Assembly: GCF_001017655.1 (NCBI RefSeq)
Contig: NZ_CP010904.1
Coordinates: 2,917,724-2,949,723 of the forward strand
DNA: 32,000 nucleotides
Direction of reading: 5' to 3'
Source: Kiritimatiella glycovorans
GTDB taxonomy: Bacteria; Verrucomicrobiota; Kiritimatiellia; Kiritimatiellales; Kiritimatiellaceae
The notes under the pieces are model-generated. The model saw only the letters and a program-made list of their open reading frames with translations, was not told the DNA's origin and ran no database searches. Below are positions 7,844 to 15,693 of the stretch, piece by piece (position 1 is the stretch's first letter; each line of letters begins with the position of its first letter). A program made the translations under genes and the position numbers.

Positions 7844-9064
7844 ATGATCGATTCCATGCTCGACAGGAAAGGCACGTATGCCGCGCCGCTGATGGCCGGC
7901 CTCCTGCTGGTCGGGGGGATCTTCGGCTGCGGACGCGGCCCCGGCGATGCGGAATATGAAAAGGGCATGCGGGCGATCAGGGAAGGGCGGCTCGTCCGCG
8001 CCCGCGCCCATCTCGAAAAAGCGGTCCGCCAGCGGGCCGGACGCGGCGACACCGGACCCGCCTGCAATCGCCTCGGTATGGTCCTCTGGGAACTCGGCGC
8101 CCCCGGGGACGCAATCGAAGCGTTTCAGAAAAGCCGTACCCGGTCGCCGGATTCCTTCGACGCCCTCTACAATCTCGGATACGCGCTGGTCTCCGAAGGG
8201 CGGGCGGAACACGCCGAAGAGGTGCTTACCGAGGCGGCGCTGGTACACCCCCAGGACGCGCAGTCGCTCCAGCTCCTCGGCGCCGCCTTCCTCGAACAGG
8301 GCAAGTGGGACCGCGCCCGGCAGGCCTACGAACGGGCCCTGCGCCGCCGCCCGGACGACCCCGCCCTCCTGTGCGGGCTGGCCCTGGCGGAGTACGGCGC
8401 ACAGGATCCCTCGTCGGCGCTGAAACGCCTTCAGGCGCTGACGAAAGGGCACCCCGGCTACGCCCCGGGTCATTTCAACCTCGCCGCCGTGTACCGCTTC
8501 GGCTTCAACCGGTCCGGCGATGCCGACCGCGCGCTGAACGCCTACCTGGAGGCGGCGGAGGGCCCGGACGCACGGGAACGCGCCGCCCGCCTCCGGCGCG
8601 GCGAAACCCCGCCCCCCCGCCGCGCCCGGCGCACGCGGGAAGAGGATCCGCTGGGTCTCGAACCCCGGCCGGAACGCGACCGGGCCGCCGCGACCGAGGC
8701 CTTCGGCAGGGCGTTCCGCCACTACGCGGCCGGCGATTTCGACGAAGCGGCGCAATGGTACACCCGCGCAGTGGAACACGACGAGACGTACGAGGAGGCG
8801 TTCTACAACCTGGGGCTCACCTACCACAAACTGGACCGCCTGGACGCCGCGGCGGCCGCCTACCGTCGCGCGCTCGAACTGAACCCCGCCTCAGCCCGCG
8901 CACGCTACAACCTGGCGCTCGTCCACTATCAGCGCGGCAACCTGCGCGAAGCACAACGCGAAGCCCGGGCCGTCCTCGCCCAGCACCCCGACCACCGCTC
9001 CTCCGAACACCTCATCCGGCTCATCCGTGAGAACGGGGAGGAAAGGGACGGTGAAGAGGAATAG
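7844..9064 (+). CDS. TPR-repeat protein, probable lipoprotein
   Basis: Signal peptide ending in the lipobox-like GGIFGC. Multiple TPR-like units (e.g. AFYNLGLTYHKLDRLDAAAAAYRRALELNP, ARYNLALVHYQRGNLREAQ) are split by an Arg/Pro/Glu-rich linker. Confidence 0.75.
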   Translation: MIDSMLDRKGTYAAPLMAGLLLVGGIFGCGRGPGDAEYEKGMRAIREGRLVRARAHLEKAVRQRAGRGDTGPACNRLGMVLWELGAPGDAIEAFQKSRTRSPDSFDALYNLGYALVSEGRAEHAEEVLTEAALVHPQDAQSLQLLGAAFLEQGKWDRARQAYERALRRRPDDPALLCGLALAEYGAQDPSSALKRLQALTKGHPGYAPGHFNLAAVYRFGFNRSGDADRALNAYLEAAEGPDARERAARLRRGETPPPRRARRTREEDPLGLEPRPERDRAAATEAFGRAFRHYAAGDFDEAAQWYTRAVEHDETYEEAFYNLGLTYHKLDRLDAAAAAYRRALELNPASARARYNLALVHYQRGNLREAQREARAVLAQHPDHRSSEHLIRLIRENGEERDGEEE

Positions 9065-9096
9065 CAAAGAATCGGGATCGCGTTCGGGATCGGGAG

Positions 9097-9145
9097 TCAC
9101 CATGAAGCTCATGAAGCACGGCGGGGGTGCTTAGCCCGCCCCCGC
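9097..9145 (+). repeat. partial copy of the repeat family (mini-ORF module) plus GC hairpin between convergent genes
   Basis: GGGAGTCACC + ATGAAGCTCATGAAG (mini-ORF 9102..9134, MKLMKHGGGA). This overlaps the hairpin GCGGGGG (9121-9127) / CCCCCGC (9139-9145). It sits between the TPR stop (9064) and the TraB/GumN stop (9163). Confidence 0.6.
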
Positions 9146-9162
9146 GAATGGCGCCCATGACC

Positions 9163-10035
9163 TTATTCCTCCGCGGCCACGAGGCGCGTGACGCGGAAGC
9201 CCTCTTTCTCGAGCAGGTGCAGGACGCCTTTTTCGCCGACGAGATGGCCTGCGCCCACCAGCACGAACTCCGTCTCCGGCGAGCGCGCGAAGGCGGTCAG
9301 CTCATCCATCCAGTCACGGTTGCGTTCGACAATGATCTCCCGGTACAGCTCCGGATGCTTGCGCTTCATGTCGCGGTTGAGCAGCTCCTGAAGCGCCTCG
9401 CGATCCCCGTTCCGCCACGCCGACAGCAGTCCGGTCAGCATTTCGGAGGTCGACGCGATATCGTTCACGAACTGCTGCACCAGCTCATCCTCGTGCCCCT
9501 CGCCCATCGAGGCGAGCAGGTCGATCTGCTTCGAGAGGGGTTCGAGCCGGCCGACCTGCTTGCCTTCCTCGACGGCCCGGCGGTAGAAGTGCATATCGAC
9601 CCCCTCCTGGTCGACCCCGAGGCGCTGCAGCTCGAGCTGCATCAGCGTGAGAACGGCCATCCAGGGTTTCAACGCCTGCAGGCTGGCCGGGGGGATGTCG
9701 GCCGAATGGCAGTACCGTTTGAGCGTCTTCCAGGACTTGGCGGAGAGCGCCTCCTGCAGTGTCGTGCCGTCCTGGTAGACGCCGCGCTGGAGCAGCTCAC
9801 GCTGAACCTCCGGGTCGTTGAGCCCGCCCAAATCGGTTTCAAAAACCAGCAGGCCCGACGTTTCATACGCCGTTTCAAATTCCCGGGGCAGCGGGTAATC
9901 CGACTCGCGAAGGACATGACAGGTGCCGCCCACATACATGCGGTTCCCGTCAGCCCGCACTTCCCAGACCGAACTCTGCGCCGAGGCGCCGAAGGCCAGC
10001 CCGAGAACCGCGGGTCCGATGATCCGCCTGGTCAT
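9163..10035 (-). CDS. TraB/GumN family protein, secreted
   Basis: ORF 9163..10155, with start moved to ATG 10035 (MTRRIIGPAVLGLAFGASAQ signal peptide). Family-like motifs GGTCHVL and FVLVGAGHLVGEKGVLHLLEKEGFRV. Confidence 0.7.
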   Translation of the reverse strand: MTRRIIGPAVLGLAFGASAQSSVWEVRADGNRMYVGGTCHVLRESDYPLPREFETAYETSGLLVFETDLGGLNDPEVQRELLQRGVYQDGTTLQEALSAKSWKTLKRYCHSADIPPASLQALKPWMAVLTLMQLELQRLGVDQEGVDMHFYRRAVEEGKQVGRLEPLSKQIDLLASMGEGHEDELVQQFVNDIASTSEMLTGLLSAWRNGDREALQELLNRDMKRKHPELYREIIVERNRDWMDELTAFARSPETEFVLVGAGHLVGEKGVLHLLEKEGFRVTRLVAAEE

Positions 10036-10240
10036 TTTTTTCCGGTCCAACACGCTCGCTCCTCCCGGGTTTACCGTCGGTCTTCCGGGGCACGATTGTG
10101 CACGCACCGCGCTGAAGTGCAAGCGCGACGGGCGCATGCTCACATTTACACACACTTACGCTTTGATTTGCCGAGCCGCCTGTGTTCATATCGTGCGCTC
10201 AGGTTTTCGCAGATACGGGTAAACTTAACCCCTGATCATC

Positions 10241-11335
10241 ATGTCACCGGCACATCGGCTACTCCACGCGCCCCCGGTCCGCGCCGCCATGCTCGCATGG
10301 GCGCTCTGCCTTGCCGTACCCCTGTCCGCGGCGGGCGCCGAACGGCTCCGGATCGAAACCGAACTCTACCGGATGTCCGGCGTGTTCCCGGAGATGAACC
10401 AGATCGCGCTGGTTCACGATGTTCCGCTGCAGGGCATGCGCTGCATGTTCATCGCCCGGCTCCCCGAACTGGACGGCGAGCTGCGGATCGGCTTCGCGAA
10501 CGGGCCGGTGCCCGAGGACGAGGAGAGTGTGAGTGCACGCATCGAAGAGGTGCTGGGCACGGTCGGCACGCTGTTTGCCGAACAGGTGGAGAGCGGGGAG
10601 ATCGACCGCCCGGGCCCGTCGTACGGCGCCGCCATCTCGCGGCGGTTTCTGGACGAGACGCTGTATGTCGCGGCCTTCGAATCCTCCGGCCGGATCGCCG
10701 TGCTCCACCTCAACGGGTCCGCGGAACACGAAAAAGTACTCCGCGCCGGGCGCGAGCTGGCGCGCAGCCTGAAGATCAAACCGCCGGTCGTGGAAGGCGG
10801 CGTGGTGCTCCGCCCGTACTACGACCCCGACGAAGGCCTCGGCCTCGACTACCCCGAAGGCATGCGCCTGGTGCCTTCGACGATGCCCGGCGCAGGCCTC
10901 GTGGCCCAATTCGCCGGCAACGGAGACCAGCCGTTCGATACCATCCAGATCTACGACCGCAGCGGCATCTTCCGGCGCAACTCGATCGACGTCCCCGCAC
11001 CCGGCGATTTCGACAGCGCTCTGCACTATCTGCGCGAAGCGCATGCACAGCTGATGAAGCGCATGGGGCAGGAAACCAGCGAAGGGCTGCGCGTGGCCCG
11101 GGATCACGGCGGGCTCTACCTCGCGGATACCTTTCGCCATCCGGAAGGAAAGCAGTACCGCGTCTACTACCTCATCTCGCACGGACGCTTCTACAGCCTG
11201 GAATTCGCCTCCGGCGGCGAGTTGAACGACGAACTCGCCCGCCGCATATTCCGCTCGCTGCGCCTGCCGGAGAAGACGAAGGCTTCGCGCGAAAAGGACG
11301 CCGAAGGGGAACACGAAAACCCCGCGATCAGGTAG
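10241..11335 (+). CDS. hypothetical secreted protein (no recognisable domain)
   Basis: Signal-peptide-like N-terminus (MLAWALCLAVPLSAAGA). G/C-rich third codon positions and balanced amino-acid composition, unlike the Arg/Ala/Gly-rich antisense ORF 10259..11314. ATG 10289 is an alternative start. Confidence 0.6.
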   Translation: MSPAHRLLHAPPVRAAMLAWALCLAVPLSAAGAERLRIETELYRMSGVFPEMNQIALVHDVPLQGMRCMFIARLPELDGELRIGFANGPVPEDEESVSARIEEVLGTVGTLFAEQVESGEIDRPGPSYGAAISRRFLDETLYVAAFESSGRIAVLHLNGSAEHEKVLRAGRELARSLKIKPPVVEGGVVLRPYYDPDEGLGLDYPEGMRLVPSTMPGAGLVAQFAGNGDQPFDTIQIYDRSGIFRRNSIDVPAPGDFDSALHYLREAHAQLMKRMGQETSEGLRVARDHGGLYLADTFRHPEGKQYRVYYLISHGRFYSLEFASGGELNDELARRIFRSLRLPEKTKASREKDAEGEHENPAIR

Positions 11336-11535
11336 AGGACGATCTCTTAGGCCGCCGCTCTTATCCGTGAAATTGGTGTCGTCCGTGGTCGTCCCCGAAA
11401 TTAAACAATCCGAGCCGAACCTCCGTGGTGCTTTCCGCGTTTTACCTCACGCAACCCTCCCCATCCGCTTTCCCTTTTTTCATTTCTCAACTTCGTGCCG
11501 ATGACGTACATTCGGCACTCAATCCCGCAAGGAGC

Positions 11536-14500
11536 ATGAGAATCTTGGATACGTCAACACTGCTCGAGCTTTACAGACCCATCTGGACGGCCCGGCGCGT
11601 GGATGAAATGGAACAGGCGCTCGCCCACCGCGGCGAGGCGTTCTTCTTCATCCCCGGCTCCGGTCACGAGGCCGCGGCGGCGCTGGCGCCGCACCTGACC
11701 GCCGCCGACTGGCTGCACTGCCACTACCGCGACAAGGCGCTCGCCCTGGCGCGCGGCGTCAGCGTGGAGTCGATGTTCGCCGCCCTGCTCGCGCGCGACC
11801 CGTCCGGCAGCGCGGGGCGCCGTATGCCCGATTTCCCCTGCGATCCGGAACTGAACATCCTCAGCACCCCCACGCTCGTCGGCAACAACGCCCTGCAGGC
11901 GGCCGGCGTCGCGGCGGCGGTGAAGGACCGCGAGGGCGCGCCGGTGGTCTACTGCGGGCTGGGCGACGGCGCGACGCAGGAAGGCGAGTTCTTCGAGGCG
12001 GTGGCGGAGGCCGTCCGCGCGACCCTGCCGGTGCTCTTCGTCGTTCAGGACAACCGCTACGCGCTGTCGACACTCACCGCAGGCCAGACGTTCTACTCGA
12101 CGCCCGACGGCAACCCCGAAACGTTCTACGGTCTCCCGATCCGCCGCGTCGAGGGCGCGGACGTCGCGGCGTGCCACGAGACCTTCGGCGCGGCCGTGGC
12201 CGAGGCGCGCGAACACCGCCGCCCGCAGATCGTCTGCATGCGCTGTGAGCGGCTGCAGAGTCATACGAACGCCGACGACCATACCGCGTACCGCACGGAG
12301 GAGGATCTGGCCGAGGCGGCGGAGCACGGCGATCCCCTGCGCAACCTGGAGCGTATGCTGATCGACGCGGGCGAGGAGGCGTCGCGGCTTCGGGCGATCG
12401 AGGAGGAATGCGAACAGGCCGTGCAGGACGCCCTCGCCGCCGCCCGTGCCGGGGCGGAACCGGAAGCGGCGCTCAGCGCGAAGAAGCCGCTGCCGGTCGA
12501 GCTGACCGACCCGAAACGCGAATATCGCGGCACGGGAGAACGCAAGCTCACCATGATCGCCGCCCTGCGCGCGGCCCTGCGCGTGCGGCTGGAGGAGGAA
12601 GACGCGGCGTACGTCTGGGGTGAGGACCTCGAAGACCCCAAAGGCGACGTCTTCGGGCTCGCGAAGGGACTCAGCTCCGCCTTCCCGGGCCGCGTGCGCA
12701 ACGCCCCGCTGAGCGAGGCCACCATCGTCGGCGCCGCCGTCGGCCAGGCGCTCGCGGGCCGCCGGCCGGTCGCGTGTCTGCAGTTCGCCGACTTCCTGCC
12801 GCCCGCGTTCAATCAGATCGCCTCGGAGCTGGGCACGATGTACTGGCGCACCAACGGGCGCCTGGAGGCGCCGGTGACCGTGCTCTCGGTCTGCGGCGGA
12901 TATCGCCCCGGCCTCGGGCCGTTTCACGCGCAGACGCCCTCCGCCGTGGCCGCCCACCTGCCGGGAATCGACGTCTTTCTGCCCTCGACCGCGGCCGACG
13001 CGGCGGGGCTGCTGCTGGCGGCGCTGCGCTCGGACCGGCCGTCGATCTTCTTCTATCCCAAAAACCTCCTGAATGACCGCAGCGTCGCGACGTCGGAGGA
13101 CATCGACCGCCACTTCGTTCCGATCGGGAAGGCGCGAATCGCGCGGGCGGGCGGCGACCTGACGCTCGTCGCGTGGGGCAGCACTATGCCCACGGCCCTT
13201 CGTACGGCGGAGGCCGTCGAGCAGGCCGGCCTCTCGGTCGAGGTCGTCGATCTGCGTACGCTCTCGCCGTGGGACCGCGAGGCGGTATTTGAATCCACCT
13301 CGAAAACCGGCCGGCTGCTGGTGATCGATGAAGACCACCAGACCTGCGGGATGGCGGGCGAGGTCTGCGCCGCGGTGGCGGAGGCGCAGGGCGAACGGGT
13401 TCGCGTGGCGCGGCTGGGCGCCGCCGACGCGTATGTCCCCTACCACTTCGGCAACCAGCTCGACGTGCTGCCGTCGTTCCGGCCCGTGCTCGAAAAGGCT
13501 GCGGAGATGCTCGATTGCTCCGTGCGCTGGAACCGGCGGGCCGAGGAGGAGGAAGGGCGGGTGACGGTCAAGACGCTGGGATCGAGTCCCTCCGACGAGA
13601 CGGTGAAGATCGTCGAACTGCACGCCGCCGCGGGCGAGGCGGTCGAAGAGGGCGCGCCGCTGGCGTCGGTCGAGGCGGACAAGGCGACGATGGAGATCGA
13701 GGCGCCGCTGGCGGGTACGGTGGAGAAGGTGCTGCTTTCGGAAGGCGACGAGGTGGACGTCGGGGCACCGCTGCTGACGCTGGTGCCGTCGGTGGAGGCC
13801 GCGGCGCGGCCGCAGACGACCGACGATCCCGGCATCCCGGTGGTCGAAAAGCAGCGCAGCGTGACGGAGGCGGCGGCCCCGGCGACGCAAGGACACGAGC
13901 GCGAGAGCGCCCCGACGGTGATCTCATCGATCTGCTCCGCCCTGGGATCGCAGCTGAAGACGAACGATGAGCTCGTGGAAATCTGTCCCGGCTGGTCGCC
14001 GGACGACGTCGTACAGCGTACGGGGATCCGGAAGCGGCACTGGATCGGCGAAGGCGAATCGGCGCTCTCGCTCGCCGTGGACGCCTGTCACAAACTCTTT
14101 GAACGCGAGGGCGTGACGGTCAACGACTTCGACGCCATCATCTGCAGCACGGGGACGCCGCCCTCGACCACCCCGTCGCTGGCCTGCCGGATCCTGAAGG
14201 AGCTCAGTCCCGAGGAGGGCGAGACGCTGATCCCGGCGCACGACATCAATGCGGCGTGTTCGGGCTACCTGTACGCCCTGCAGCAGGCCTGCGACATGCT
14301 CGAGCACGACCCCGGCGCGCGGATCCTGCTGGTGACGAGCGAGACGCTCTCGCCGATGCTGAATAAGGATGATCCGGGCACGTTTTTCCTGTTCGGTGAC
14401 GCCGCGACCGCTTCGCTGGTCTCGCGGGAACAGCGCGGGGGCAACCTCAACCTGCGGGTCGGGCGACCGGTACTCTCGGCGATGGGGGCCGAGGAGAAGG

Positions 14501-14886
14501 TGCTCTACGTGCCCTCGCTGCAGAGCGGGACGTTCATGGAGATGGACGGGCGGAGCGTATTCCGGATCGCCGTGCGGAAGATGATCGACATGCTCGACCG
14601 CGCCTGTGCGCAGGAGGGCGCGACGGTCGACGACCTTTCCCTGATTGTCCCGCACCAGGCGAACGGGAGGATTATTGAGGCGATACGCAAGGCCATCAAG
14701 TTTCCGACGGATAAGGTGTTCTACTACATTCGCGATTACGGCAACACCTCGTCGAACACCATCCCGCTCAGCCTCGAAGCGCTGCCCTCCGACCTCCCGC
14801 CCGGCGGGAAGATCGGGCTGACGGCATTCGGCGGCGGCTTCACCTTTGCCGCCGGCGTGGTGGAGACGCTCGAGCGGCCGCAATAA
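11536..14886 (+). CDS. fusion protein: 2-oxoacid dehydrogenase E1-alpha + E1-beta + lipoyl domain + KAS III (FabH-type 3-oxoacyl-ACP synthase III)
   Basis: ORF 11425..14886, with start at ATG 11536, 1 nt after AAGGAG (11529-11534). Approximate domain spans: E1-alpha 11536-12490 (TPP motif GDG at 11962-11970 ... N210; SHTNADDHTAYRTEED). E1-beta 12541-13524 (NAPLSEATIVGAAVG, LQFADFLPPAFNQI). Lipoyl domain 13561-13788 (VEADKATMEIEAP, Lys codon 13681-13683). Linker 13789-13917. KAS III 13918-14883 (Cys 14257-14259 in AACSGYLYAL, His 14653-14655 in PHQAN, Asn 14743-14745 in GNTSSNT). Confidence 0.85.
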   Translation: MRILDTSTLLELYRPIWTARRVDEMEQALAHRGEAFFFIPGSGHEAAAALAPHLTAADWLHCHYRDKALALARGVSVESMFAALLARDPSGSAGRRMPDFPCDPELNILSTPTLVGNNALQAAGVAAAVKDREGAPVVYCGLGDGATQEGEFFEAVAEAVRATLPVLFVVQDNRYALSTLTAGQTFYSTPDGNPETFYGLPIRRVEGADVAACHETFGAAVAEAREHRRPQIVCMRCERLQSHTNADDHTAYRTEEDLAEAAEHGDPLRNLERMLIDAGEEASRLRAIEEECEQAVQDALAAARAGAEPEAALSAKKPLPVELTDPKREYRGTGERKLTMIAALRAALRVRLEEEDAAYVWGEDLEDPKGDVFGLAKGLSSAFPGRVRNAPLSEATIVGAAVGQALAGRRPVACLQFADFLPPAFNQIASELGTMYWRTNGRLEAPVTVLSVCGGYRPGLGPFHAQTPSAVAAHLPGIDVFLPSTAADAAGLLLAALRSDRPSIFFYPKNLLNDRSVATSEDIDRHFVPIGKARIARAGGDLTLVAWGSTMPTALRTAEAVEQAGLSVEVVDLRTLSPWDREAVFESTSKTGRLLVIDEDHQTCGMAGEVCAAVAEAQGERVRVARLGAADAYVPYHFGNQLDVLPSFRPVLEKAAEMLDCSVRWNRRAEEEEGRVTVKTLGSSPSDETVKIVELHAAAGEAVEEGAPLASVEADKATMEIEAPLAGTVEKVLLSEGDEVDVGAPLLTLVPSVEAAARPQTTDDPGIPVVEKQRSVTEAAAPATQGHERESAPTVISSICSALGSQLKTNDELVEICPGWSPDDVVQRTGIRKRHWIGEGESALSLAVDACHKLFEREGVTVNDFDAIICSTGTPPSTTPSLACRILKELSPEEGETLIPAHDINAACSGYLYALQQACDMLEHDPGARILLVTSETLSPMLNKDDPGTFFLFGDAATASLVSREQRGGNLNLRVGRPVLSAMGAEEKVLYVPSLQSGTFMEMDGRSVFRIAVRKMIDMLDRACAQEGATVDDLSLIVPHQANGRIIEAIRKAIKFPTDKVFYYIRDYGNTSSNTIPLSLEALPSDLPPGGKIGLTAFGGGFTFAAGVVETLERPQ

Positions 14887-14990
14887 ATTCGCACCCCGAA
14901 CGGATCAAGCCCGCGGGGCTGCAAAGGGGATGGTGGAAAAGTGAAAAGAAATCGAGACCTCAGCTTTCACCTGTTCCACATCTTCATCTC

Positions 14991-14999
14991 TGATAAAAT
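14991..14999 (+). promoter_or_regulatory. extended -10 element (TGaTAAAAT) upstream of the tRNA
   Basis: TG at 14991-14992 and TAAAAT at 14994-14999, 12 nt before the tRNA 5' end. No convincing -35. Confidence 0.4.
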
Positions 15000-15011
15000 G
15001 CCCCACTTTCC

Positions 15012-15085
15012 GGGCCCGTAGCTCAGTCGGTCAGAGCAGGAGACTCATAATCTCTTGGTCGGGGGTTCGAGTCCCTCCGGGCCCA
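15012..15085 (+). tRNA. tRNA with anticodon CAT; body resembles tRNA-Ile2 (lysidine) more than elongator or initiator tRNA-Met
   Basis: Clean cloverleaf. Acceptor GGGCCCG/CGGGCCC + A, D arm GCTC/GAGC, anticodon stem GGAGA/TCTCT, loop CTCATAA (CAT 15046-15048), variable loop TGGTC, T arm GGGGG-TTCGAGT-CCCTC. No encoded CCA. C4/C5 in the acceptor stem and the GAGCAGG..ACTCATAAT..TTGGTCG stretch match my recollection of E. coli ileX. It lacks the initiator hallmarks (C1xA72, three G-C pairs in the anticodon stem). Confidence 0.9.
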
Positions 15086-15104
15086 TTCCTTCACACCCCC
15101 GCCC

Positions 15105-15284
15105 CGTACTCAGCGAAAATGGGATTCACCATGAAGGCCATGAAGAGCATGAAGGTTGGTTGAGGGGGGGGGACGTAATCCGTACTCGCACTCGTACTCG
15201 TACTCGTACTCGGAGCGCCGAAGGCGCGATCCCACTCCCCCTGTTCAAGGAACTCGAGTACGAATTATGTTCTCTCTGAATCCC
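15105..15284. repeat. composite intergenic repeat, copy 2
   Basis: Modules in order: GTACTCAGCGAA; GGGATTCACC + ATGAAGGCCATGAAGAGCATGAAG (mini-ORF 15131..15163); G9 tract 15164-15172; (CGTACT)x5 15181-15210; core GCGCCGAAGGCGCGATCCCACTCCCCC; TTCAAGGAACTCGAGTACGAATTATGTTC. Homologous to 5050-5255 in inverted orientation. Confidence 0.8.
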
Positions 15285-15332
15285 GGCTTCGACTTCGATC
15301 CGGATTTCGAGATCCCATCCGTGTTCTCTCTT

Positions 15333-15536
15333 ACGCTCGTAGTAGGCCCGCAGGTCCGCGAAGCGGACAAGGGCCGTTATCTTTCACGCGCCTGGCCTGC
15401 CGGAGGGGCAGGCGTGCGGCGCTACTACGAACTTCCTCACGCTCGTAGTAGGCCCGCAGGTCCGCGCAGCAGACAAGGGCCGTTATCTTTCACGCGCCTG
15501 GCCTGCCGGGGGCAGACTTGCGGCGCTACTACGAAC
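15333..15536. repeat. two tandem copies (period 106 bp) of a hairpin element of about 100 bp
   Basis: Unit 1 is 15333-15432 and unit 2 is 15439-15536. They are near-identical (a few substitutions and a 2-nt indel) and separated by TTCCTC. Each unit is bounded by the 9-bp inverted repeat TCGTAGTAG ... CTACTACGA. Unit 2 extends the stem with CCGCAGGTC / GACTTGCGG. Confidence 0.85.
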
Positions 15537-15648
15537 GCTTGTCGTCTCCCATCCCGACCCCGGCATCCTCTGTGACCGCTGTGGTGAATCCCCGTCCCGC
15601 CTCTTCCCCGAACGGCTCCACCACAAAAAATTTGCGAAGAACCAAAAA

Positions 15649-15693
15649 GGATCGCGCCTTCAGCCCTCCAAGTACGCGTACGAATCATGTTCA
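15649..15693. repeat. fragment of the composite repeat family
   Basis: GGATCGCGCCTTC..GTACGCGTACGAATCATGTTCACCC parallels GGGATCGCGCCTTCGG...GTACGAG...CGAATTATGTTCACCCC of copy 1 (5128-5213). Confidence 0.6.

Noticed and set aside
11425-11535. N-terminal extension of the fusion ORF from GTG 11425 (MVLSAFYLTQPSPSAFPFF...)
   Set aside because: This part is AT-richer and its composition is unlike the rest of the protein. A strong AAGGAG sits just upstream of ATG 11536, where E1-alpha homology begins.
15012-15085. Initiator tRNA-fMet
   Set aside because: It lacks the 1:72 mismatch and the three consecutive G-C pairs in the anticodon stem. The remaining ambiguity is elongator Met versus Ile2 (lysidine), with Ile2 favoured by similarity to my recollection of ileX.
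15333-15536. CRISPR array
   Set aside because: There are only two repeat units of about 100 bp, separated by a 6-bp spacer. No cas genes are present, and the repeat length is far outside the CRISPR range.
15055-15575. ORFs 15055..15279 and 15156..15575 (and 5078..5398) as protein-coding genes, e.g. products with TRTRTRTR or HEGHEEHEG runs
   Set aside because: They are read straight through microsatellite and tandem-repeat DNA and have no RBS. Their apparent peptide repeats are by-products of the (GTACGA)n and CATGAAG periodicities.
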